Below, in pieces: positions 28,701 through 40,700 of a DNA stretch of 64,000 nt (its first letter is position 1; each line of letters opens with the position of its first letter). The position numbers and the translations under genes are program-made. A model generated the notes under the pieces. It saw only the letters and a list, made by a program, of their open reading frames with translations. It was not told the DNA's origin and did not search any database. Source of the DNA: Tubulanus polymorphus (taxonomy: Eukaryota > Animalia > Nemertea); contig NC_134025.1 of NCBI RefSeq assembly GCF_964204645.1, positions 21,179,101-21,243,100 on the forward strand. Direction: 5' to 3'.

Positions 28701-31700
28701 CATCGCGGGTAAATTGGGGGGAGAAAAGGTAATTATCTACACCCCGTATCGCGCGACGGTGTTCTTTCCGTGTTTCATGCGGCAACTTTTGAATAAAATC
28801 CGTATTGATTCGGAGTAATAATCAACTTGTCATTTACTGTCGGACAACTTCACGCGATCGATCTCTGTATAAACCCCAACCAAACCCCCGATACAATAGA
28901 TTACTTGCAATCCCGCATCTTGGTGGCTTTCTATCCGTAAGTTCATCGTAAACGTATTTGAACAGGAAATATTGAAAATGCTGTTCTGTCGTGTTTTTGC
29001 GCCAATATCTGCCAACGGTGAGATACGCGGCGCACACAATCACCGGTTACTAGTTGATGTGACGTAAAAATTCGAGTCACCTGACTGAACGATGAAACGT
29101 CTCTTCACGAACACCATTCGACATTTCTACCATTGCATCAGTTATTTTTGAACATTGTTAGATTATTCTGTCGCAATCTTATTCATAATTATGTTATGAA
29201 ATTAGTTTATTTAATTAATTATGGAGGCAACATTGTAGAGACATGTTTCTTTGTTACATTATTCCTATGTATATATATATATTCATACTTAATATCTGCC
29301 TGACACTGCCTGTGGTTGTGTGATCTTTGGTGACCGTTTGGACAGGTATCATCACAGTTTGTGATGAGTTTACAGTTTCTATGCCTATCCTAGCATGTCT
29401 GAGACAACCACTCAACCAGGGGCCGGTTTTATAGACTGGTAACATCTTTAACCCAGGGGCTAACTCAATTCATTTTCATTTGAGTTAACCCCCGGTTTAA
29501 AGATAATACCAGTCTATGGAACCGGCCACAGGAGTATGAATATAGGGGCGGGTTCAGTTTAGGAGAGCTTAGTTGTAGATGTTAGTTTGGGATAGAAGGT
29601 CGGGGTCGGAGTCAGGCTCGACGGTCGGATTCGAAGCACATTTATCTATGGGCCGAATATAGTCGGACCTCGAAGAATCGTGCGTATATCGATAAAAGAG
29701 ATCACCTATCAATTGTGGAGTTAATATTTACTAACTATTCGGGAATGTTGGATGAAATCGTCGATACAACAGATCGGACGAGTAAGGAAGCAGAGCCAAT
29801 CACACTCACTCTCAATTACTTTCAATTAACTGTGTATTGAATTGTTATCGAATATTTTCTTCATTTTCGTCACGCGAATATCCCCTCCAAAAATAGACAT
29901 AACCGACTTGAATTTTGGAAAACGTCATTACCGAGGGGAAAGATTATACGAATATTTCGGAGAAGGACAACATTCTTACTCGAATGACGTGGCTTCCGTT
30001 TGTTAATTCAGTTCACTGGTTCAGTTTTCCACATTCAGTTCGGTTACCAACACACCACTCGTTTCAATTTTGCTGAAAGGTTGATGGTTATTCCATTTAC
30101 GTAGCACAGTAACTTCCATCGCAGCATATCGGGCTGAGCAAGTGGGGTGAAATTACCGGCCGTAAGATGTAGTGATTTCATTGTCGGAACTCCCGTTTGC
30201 GAATATCGGAGGAATAGACGCAAATGCGACGTGAAAGCACGAATGATAGATAAGTCGTTTGAAGGAAATCACATCGAGATGGCTAGTGGATCAAAGAATT
30301 TCCAGAACCTCTAAGCGAGACCATACTTAAGCACCGCTCTTTAACACGGCAATCTATCACTGGGGTGCCAGCTTGGAACTTTTATATAGTAATCTAATAT
30401 ATATAGCGACCTTTTCTCTGTGACACAATGTTCAACGGCGCTTTCTATTAAATTTGTATTATCAACCTCAGTCATCTCTCCCTGGGGAGGAGTAACATCC
30501 GAGCAGCTGCTATGCATTCAGAAGTCCCAGAACCGATTTACTCCAGGGCCCGGTTTCACAAAAATCTAAAAATTTAAATCTAAAATCGATTTAAGGAATT
30601 TAATCTTTTTTTGTTAAACCGGGCCTCGGGTGGAGAGAGGAATAAGGATAAGTGTCTTACCCGTGGGCACTACTGTAACGGGATTCGAACACACGACCTA
30701 GCGTCAGACGAACGCACTAACCACTCGCCCACACTCAAATACAGAATCTCATCCTGATTGATTATAAAAGTTTCAGGAGCTGTTTTAATCCTCAATTCAA
30801 CTTAATGTTTTTCGTACGGATAGTCGGAAATGGAGCGGAACTAGCGAGGTTGTTTTGCCGAGTTTCGTCTCGCAAATAACATGACACGCACACATTTTGT
30901 AAGTGGTTTGTGTCACGATTTACCCAGAAGAATTTACACTCAATTTAGCCATGCGGCGCATTAAGGCCGCAGTACGCATAGAAAGCTGCTCGTTGTTCGA
31001 AATTAGTTGTCAATAAGACAGAAGAAATGCGACGACTTGTGTGGGAAAGAAACCAAATAATCCCAAATGAAAAAAAAGAGAAAGTCGTTCATAAAACACG
31101 AACGGCTAGAATCTAAAAGCACAACGTTTCTCTCGAGGGAGCGCTATGCGATGAGCCAAAAAATATAAATAAATTGTCCCATTATAGGCGAACCGTTCGA
31201 CAACCTTCCTAAACAGCAATTATCGGAATGCGGTAAGGTTTCCAACTTCCGGCGTCAATTTTCTTAACACCTATCTTATTCTAGCACACTGGCAGATTTT
31301 CCTAAATTCAATATAGACTTTTATATTATACATAGACCATAAGATGTTTTAATACCTGCTTTATTTGCTGATTTATCAATTAGAAACATACTTTTTGCAA
31401 AATTTTGATTCATTTGATCCTTTTGCTTTAACGAATGTACTACGATAAGTCAATTATCTTAGTGATTTGGTATTTTAAACGATTAAATGTGATAAAACAA
31501 TTAACGAGACGAGTAGTACTATATAGGTTAACTATTTATTTGACACACGAGCTTTCGCTACTAGTGTATAGAAGCTTCATCAGGTGAATGAGGCAGTATA
31601 GAATTTGGTAGTACGAAAGCTTTGAAGATCAAATCATTTGAATGAAGCCCGTTTAATGAACCACAATGTTTCTTTTATCATGATATAGTTAGGCCCCCGA

Positions 31701-34700
31701 ATCCATAAATTATCACAGGACCCACCAAATACACATTGAATTAATTTTTCTATTCAGTAATTGGAATATTCTTCATTAATAATTGATTTGTTCAAAAGGA
31801 AAGGTTTAGAATTTGACCAAAACGTAGAAGAAATCGAACGCAGATGACCGAGTTACTACTAGCGAACCTGGTGGCTCCTCACTTGCCGTAAGTGGAACCT
31901 TCGATTGCCACAGTAGCGTTGGAGGTGCGTCGTTGTATTTTAACTACATACGACTCGTGGAAGGATGTATGTTGCAGGGGGTAACGATACACATCGTTGT
32001 TCCACACACGAGCGCAAGATCATGATATGGCTATCGATTTGCTTACAGCCTGACGTAGACCTATGTCATATCTATGAAAAATACTGATAAATTGACAAGT
32101 CTTCATTTACATGATAAGTCTCATGAATTTCCATTTAGATGAGAGAGATATGCCCACGGTGGTTTTCCCTTGAGCCTGACTGAGCAAGACCGAAATATTC
32201 AATAGCTCGCGGTTGACGCTTAATTGATTAGCATGTCTTCTACTGAATATATGAATATTCCAAAAAGACACGTTTGAAAACATGCATTTTTATTCAATCA
32301 TATTTATCTGCATACTAGATTGTTTCAGAAATATATAGAAAACAGAAAATTATTCGAAATGCTAGTTTTAAAATGCTACATGTAAGCAACTAGAATATTC
32401 ATGTTCAAATAGACGTTATTTACGCTTTCGCTTCTGTTCAGTGTGTATGTTTTATTTAAAAAGGTATCTCATTTGCGCCATTCATCATTCTGAAGTACCA
32501 TATTGTATTCGGTATGTCAAGAATTCGCTATCGATCGGCTGACCGCGCTCATGGTTGTTTTAATTCTAGGAAAAGGATCGTTGAGAATTCCCTCGTTTAA
32601 CTACCGTGACACCGTTTAGAGCCTTGGAAAAGCTCACCATGAATATTCTCTTCAGAGGCCTTGGAGGTGTAAAATGTATTCATGCCCGAATCCCTGCATA
32701 GGTGAACAAGAAACTAAATTGAAAGTTTATTAATGCCTTGAAAAATGATACATATATTAATATGCTTAATGTGATCGAGAATAAATAATAGAATATGAAA
32801 TCATATAATATTCAGGACCAATAAAATTATTCTCAATATAATGTCGATAATTGAATTGAAATGACCGACAATCAGTCTAGCCCGATATATTGATGACGTA
32901 GTGCACATCTTCCAAAAAACAATCTTAAGAATTTTCGGACTTTACTCCATGTTAGTGTGAGTAAAATAATTTTATTATTTTTCGGATTTAAAAAAAAAAT
33001 TTTGTTTTTGATTGAGAAGTGATAAAGATTTATTGGAATTACCTTTCCTTCGATTAAAATTACTCGCAGTTAAATCCAAAATATATAAAAATAAATCTTA
33101 TCAAGAATATTCATCCCTCAGTTACTTGCTCGATGCAAAATCCAAAAAGAAGAAAAAACTGATACAGCCCTCAGGATGGCCCCCTTCGTAATTATCCAAC
33201 CTGGAACCTATTAACAACTTCATAAATCTTTGTAAACACAGATAATCGGCTAAAGACACCGGATTTCATTTCTTTGGGGAGCGTTTCAGGAAAAGGCTTT
33301 TAAGACTAAACTATAATGAATCTTATCCAAGCATACAACGTCGAATTCTATCATACACGCATTCTCCTTTCATTTAATTTAGTGCATAATCGTACATTAT
33401 CTTTGTTTTAGTAAGTATGTTCAAACTTTTCATCGGTTAGTTTTACACCATCAGTTAAGCTGGGCTTGATACCCGGATAAGCATTTATCGTGGCTGCCAC
33501 GCCAGCTGGGGGAAATAAAAATGACGTAAAACCTAATGCAACAAGTCGTTAGCAGTGAGCCGTAACATTGGTCTTTATAACCGGTGTCATTTATGGTCAA
33601 AACAGAGTCTGGCAGACCTTCAGATCACATGACGCTTGAGGCCATCGGTGTCCCGCCAAATTAGTCTTGCACGTCAGAATACATCCGCTTCGATTTGTGT
33701 AGCGACAAAATTATGGGTACTATTCCGGAAGGGCTGTCAGCGCAAGCTGAATTGCCGAGCAACAAAAAACGGCTGACTGGATCGTCATTAGTACGTATTA
33801 AATGATCAGCTGCATAAAACCATTGTCAAGGTATAGATCGACTGCGACTTCTGGTTGACAAGTCGTGCACGGACGTGTAAATAATTCCCCGATACCAAAA
33901 CCACCGGGGTATCGAACTACATCACGGATTAATGCAGATTAATGCGATACCAATATCAACAGATTACAGATTAACATTTATGTTGCGCGTATAAGGTATT
34001 CGAACATTAACCCCCGTGGTTAGTGGCTTGATATCAATAGCTCGTGTATTAGCTACGTCGTTTCCCAATGGCAATATTCGCTTCACCGTCATCAGATAGT
34101 TTGTACGTACGTCATCAATACGCAATTCTTGACGTGGACGGACGCGCCGATTGATCTTTACGCGAAAGAAAAAGACAACGGTTGAGTACCCCGAGTATTC
34201 ATGTATTCGTGTGTGTATTGATTCATCGTTATCCTTGCAAGTAACTGGGCGGATCCAAGGGGAGGGTGCACATCATCTCAAAAACAAGCACAAAAATTTA
34301 TCGAAGATAAAAAAGAGTTATGAAAGGTATCTGATTACAAGGTGAACACCAAAATTCTCAATTATAATCGTTATTTCGAAATGCCAATATTGATGACGTA
34401 GTGCACATCGACTCACACGTCGAACCCCTTAAATAACGCATACTAAGTATCAATGTAAAAATAAACGGCTTTTACAGCGTTAAGAATCTGTTATGAAACG
34501 TTTTATTTCGAATCGAAGTTTCTTTTCGGAGTAGAACATGGGCAACTAGCCGGATACGGCTTGCGACGAGTCGGTAGGTGTCGGGTTGCCGTCGCAAGCC
34601 GGCTTATGTCGAACCGATAGAGCAGCAACTGTCGGCGTCTCGTAGGCCGCTAGTTGCCGCTAATCGGCGATAAACCCAGTTGCGTCGGTAGGCGTCGCGT

Positions 34701-37700
34701 TGCTTGTCGACATAAGCCAGCCTTTAAATATAAGACCCAATTCAGCCACCGTTTGATTTCGTCATTGCGCGGAGCCGTAGCAGCTGAAGAGCCTGAAAAT
34801 CATTCCTTAATACCGATCGCTCGATTGAGTGTCATTAATGGCAACCAGACGTAGAGCCCTGGGGCGTCAATTAAACACATTTGTGCAAGTGAAATGGTGA
34901 ATTTACCGCAATGATCAATAGTTGGGGGAATATATCCCGGTGCCTCACGCCATCGAAAAACGACCAAAAGCTACGAAAATGGACAACATTTAATTTATAG
35001 TTATTTCCGAATCTCGATGTATGAAGGCAGCTAACAGAAATGCACCCAAATCAGTCGTTTGCCTGTTCAGGCTGGATGGAAAATTGATAACATAAACCGA
35101 AATTTCCGTATATATAAATCATTTGATTCTAAACCTAATCATTTAAACAAACAAATTATGTAAATCCGACCGACTATCCAACTACTGTATATCTGTACTT
35201 CAATTTGCGATGATCAACTCACCATGTTTCGTTCCCGGTCGTGGATTTACAAGACACACAACATATAAGTTGAAAATAAGACCATTCCTATTTCAAGAGT
35301 GGAAATTAGGGGATATACGGCAGCCATCATAATTGGAAATAAACGACATATCAAGGGATTTTGCTAAAACAAAACAAAAATTTGTATCGAATCTGTGATC
35401 CAGTTGGATCACGAGTGGAGAAAAATGTAACGACAAGAATCAGATTTTTCGTACCGAGCATAAGGGGCATTTCAAGCAAAAGGGCACTTTTCACTGTGAA
35501 CAGGGCCACTATCATATTGAAAAATGACGTATCTAAAATATGAAGTGCGCAGGTACCTGAATAATCATTTGAGAATGAAGTACTTTTCGATTTTCCAAAA
35601 AAACCATGGAAATTGTATCCAAATTTCGGAAATCTTGACACAAATTTTTTTACACTGACTTCGAAGGGAACTTTTAAGGGTTCGTTTTTAACCCCGAACC
35701 CCCACTTGGCACGGGCCTGAGAATATCTGGGTTTTCTCGTGGACCTTTTCGTTGCTCACTCCCCTCGTAACATTTGTCCGCCCTTTCAAGTTGGAGAAAA
35801 TACTAATTATCTACGGCTGAATTACATCGGCGATTGCGGTCGGAAAACATTTGTCTGGTACATAGATACCGTTTCCGTGGCTGTAAATAAGTAAACATTT
35901 TCCTAACAGAAATGTCTATATAATTCCTTTCACTCCGGTCAATCGGTAATAATAGATTCTGATCTGGTAAAATTGGCTTTACTAGCTGTTAAACATGCTG
36001 AGCACCATGCAGCTGTTTGCGCAGCGAAGGGCTTGGATTGCTTTCGGAAATTATCGGACCTTCAAAGGCACGGCATTATTCCGAAGTTGAATATCCGTGT
36101 TGCCTCGAGATGAGATCATTGAACTACGGAAACAAAAAAATATTCATCAGCTTCCACTTATAGATAATAGTATGTACATAGTATACGTAGAAACAGGTTC
36201 TATTTTCACTGACCATGGGGAGAGCTCATATTTTTAGTTTCAACTTTACTTTTTACAAGTTATACTGCGGTACGTATCACACACGTAGCTCACGCTCGTT
36301 AGTAACACAATCGTTATGGTTGATTGATCTGTTGCGCCAGAGCTTACACCAACATTCGTGGTTTGCGTTTATACGTTCGATAACTGAACTAAGCCGCAGT
36401 ATATCGGTAAACTGTCTTAATCTCACGCATACCTAATTGTTCAGTGTATTATCATTAACGGGTCGAAATAGGCTTACAATTTGGATTCACAATATACAAT
36501 ACAGGTATTTGCATTTCGAAATGTTTTATAAATTTTGAAAATAAGTGGGAAAAACATGGAGTAAAAGCCTCCGCGCACACGAGACTTAGATTACGCAAAT
36601 TGCGCTGCGTCAAATTCGCCTGGTGGGCGGGTAATTTTTCCAACGCATTTTGCTTGTTCGCTATCAACTAATATCTATCGTGTTTTATAATTTTTGCCGC
36701 AGCGCAAAGATCGCTTAGGTGTAGGCCCTTAGCGCACATTGCGCTGCTTTCCTCGTCAATGCGCTTGCACTATTACTTAAAAACCGCCAAGCAGCCAGCA
36801 TATTAACTTCGAAATAAAATAATTGATTCATTACACGAGTATATCACTTGATCTATCCTAAGGGATTACTAGAATATCTAGAATTCATGAAATCATAATT
36901 TTCCCCTTGCAAAATCCTTAACCCTGAATAACTAAATGTATGAAGCAAATATGGTACACCACTGTGAACTGTGATGTACCATATTTTGTACCATAATGTA
37001 TACCACAGCTCCTTTGTTGGCGCGCGACGGAATCAATTCCACGCTATGCGTACGAACTTACCCTTTCGGGGAAACGGGTTTTTTTGCAAAAAAACGAAAA
37101 GCATTTAATAATTCATATCGAAGAGATATCTTAAATAAAATGAGAAAAGTGGAATCAAATGAAGAAAACTCAAAAGAAAAATTCTCGGCGACGCGGTTTT
37201 TCGAATGGTAGTTGAATGGGTGCCCTATACATACAATCTTAATGAAATCATGATTACTTGGTTTAGTCAGGGAAGTGTCCCATTACACTTCCCTGTTTAA
37301 GTGAACACGATTTTGCAGGGTATCAGGGTTTAATTTGAATGTTTCATTCTTAAGTTAACCAGGCCCCAGTTGTACAGTTGTGACTTAAGTTCAAACGTAA
37401 TCATAAGTCATAAGTTGTTAGATTAACTATAGAACTGAGTTGGTCTTAGGCTGTTCTTAGATCTAAGCAATGACTGCGCAATTGGGTCCAGGAATTTAAG
37501 ATTCAGTATAGAAAATGCATTTCGTCGCCAAGAGTGCAGCGCGCGTGAAGGCTTGTACTCCACTCGGATCATGTGTGTGTAGCCGGACAGATTTGGCATC
37601 GTTCAAAATGTGACGCGAACCAGATCAAGTTGCAGATTATTAGATATCAGCGAGGAAAGCTAGTCGAGCGAATCTGTTACTGACGGCGATATGAGTGACT

Positions 37701-40700
37701 GACAAACATGTATGTGTCCGCACGTATAAATGCCGTTACTGTTTATATTGTCTGGACACGGCCCTCGATGTAGGCGTACCGAACACTGATTTGGTAAAAC
37801 ATAACCGAAAAACACCGACCATTCTGTAGCAATCGTCGATATTGCACTTGAAAACGATATTCACGCATTCATTATTCATTGAAAACGCATTCATTATTTC
37901 AGTAGTATGGCCACACGTGGAATCTCTCGAAAAACATTTGCAAACGCTTGTATCGGTAATCAATTATCTTGTTTAGAAATTCTAAGATCAGCTATCGATT
38001 TGAAGGGAAGTAAAGCGGTTTAGTCATCAATTTCTACGTTTATTACAATCTTTTGTAGTAAATTGGAAATATTGCAAAGGCTTTAGATTTACCGTGCTCT
38101 AACCGCGTCGACGGTCGTGTATTCACGATGTTAGGATGGATTCAAAAATGCAGTTATAACGAGCCGGGTGCTTCAAATTGAAAGATATCTCCATTAGAAA
38201 TGTGTTCATTTCCAGATATCGTGCATAGCAACCGCCCTGACCCATACCCTCAGGTATTTGATACTTTATCAATTCAATTTTAATTTTCAATTTCAATTCA
38301 TTTCACAAGAAAGCATGGTTAACTAATATTCACAAAAAAAAAACAAAATAGAATTGAGAAGGCTTTCTTATGAGGACCACGCAAAAGCCAAAAGGCCGCT
38401 ACAGCGATGAAAGAAAAAACACAGGGGAAAAACAAGAGAAGAGTAGAAGAAAAGAAAAGAAAAGGAAGCTGAGTATGAGCGATAACACGTGATAGTGATT
38501 TTGGAACAGTAAGGGTTATCGCAGATATGGGAGTTTGGAATTCACCCACATTCTGATGATCCAGACCTCAACACCTACACACTAGATATTTTTTTATTGA
38601 AAATGAAACTAATAGATTGTCTACGAATGCCAGTAATTTTGCGCACCAAAAATCGTTAAAACTTTACACTGCGGTAAATTTCGGAAGGGGTAGTTCCACG
38701 CTGCACCAGGGGTTCTTTAAATCTCGGCTCGATGCGTATGCGTCCAACTCTATTTTTTCGATCGTTTACTATACGTATTGCAGATATCCTGTTCCTGCAA
38801 AGCCATCCCCTTTCGACAAAATGGTCGATGCCGAGTCGATAAGCGAACACAATTATTTCCATTATAAAAGTTATTTCAATATATGTACTTTATGCGAAGC
38901 TCGCCAAGCGACAAGGGTCGATAAATCAAATTCACGAGCGTCCTGTTACTCAATTTGCATAAAGTAATGACACTTGCGTTTATGAATTGCACCAATCTAC
39001 CCCCAGTATCAATTTTTACATCATATTAAAGTAAATATCATAAAACCACAGGTTAATCATAATTGCGACCTGTTACATTCATTTTATAGATGAGTCGCGA
39101 GAAATATTAATTGAAACCGTTTTAACGTCGTTCCCAGATGACATATATATTACAGAACGTTTATCATGGTGTTATTCATGTAGTTATTTTTGCGCGTGAT
39201 GTCAGTGTATTTCATGGCGTTCTTTAATCTGCTGTCAAAAGTGCGATCTCCAAGAAACAACAAATATATTGTGATCAGCAGTGAATAAATTGTGACTTTT
39301 GTTTTGTCTAGAAAACAAAAACAATAATCGGCTAATGTTTATTTCAACTTGACTTGAGACGACATTGTTCAGTTTTTTTTGGCGGTACATACCTGATCAA
39401 AGTCTTGATAGGACCAGAATGGGCTGGCAGTTGAACTAAAACATCGGTTTTTAATGCATTCTACGCTGTGTTATCAAACGTGGGATATGGACATTTTTCC
39501 AAATGCAATTACGGGAATTGCCTCAGTGCATTGGCCTTAAACCGGCTGCTAAATCACATCTAAGCTTCGACGAAAACGTTTTAAGTGTTATATATATCGT
39601 CTCTAATTAATTCAATTAAACTTTCAAAAGTATAGTCGAAGCTAACGATGCTAGTTATACAGCTCAGTTTATTGTTGCAACGAAACCGAGCAATAAGACT
39701 TATAGTTTAAGGCTATTGCAAATAAAGCGCAGCTTGCGCGGCCATTCTTCTATCTGATGTTGATATTTTCAATATCTGAGTAATAGGCGAACAGTCGAAC
39801 CGCGTTATTCGTTTCTAATCACCATTTTCAATTCATTTAGATGACGTTTTATGACGTATAACCATGCGAACATACGAATACATGGCTTCCTTTCAAAGTA
39901 ATGAAGTGGCCATCAAGTCGATTGTTTCATCTATTATGAATCACAATCAAACTATCACAAATCGAGAAAGACAGCCACTGGCCGTGTAAAATCCAATCTT
40001 TATGATACCCTACCCTCGAGCTTTGAGACTGATTATCGGTGGCATGGCTATTTAACTGATTTATTAAGTCGATCCCCCTTATTGCGCTAATCAACACCAC
40101 GTGTTATTAATGATCGGTGACACGCGCAATATTTCAATACTTTATTGCGCTAATTTTGGATATATCCAGTTTCGGCAAAGAAAAACATTGCTCGCGAAAT
40201 CCGAATACATCGGGGTTATTGTCAGCTGCATATTCGAACGGATTTCTTGATATCCATTTCTGATATCTGGTAATTGTGGATATGCTCTATTCGTGTTGTC
40301 AGACCAGCTTTCCGTAAGCTAATTCAAACAACCTGAATGAACTGTACGCAATCGTTATGATTACGTTACGAATTTCGAATCACAGCAAGTGAATGAAATA
40401 AACGATGCTGCAATAAGAATTTAAAACCTCCTGAAAATGTATATTGATGTAGCAGCTCCGTGCCCATCTTTTTCATTTTTTTTTATTCCCAAAGTAAAAA
40501 GGACACATTCTTACGAGATAGATAATGCAGACGAGACAGAAAATTTTTTAACAAAAAGGCACATTATTCAGGATTTCATCTTTATTGCCTGGAAACTATT
40601 TACAATGCTGTAAATTTTCCAGAAAGCACTTTGCACCAGGACTTCATTTATTGCTTGGAAATTGCGCCAAAAAGCAATTAATTTTCAAAATCTTCTGGGA

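Noticed and set aside
30670-30734. tRNA gene
   Set aside because: A and B boxes are present, but no convincing acceptor stem was seen and the sequence continues into a SINE-like body.
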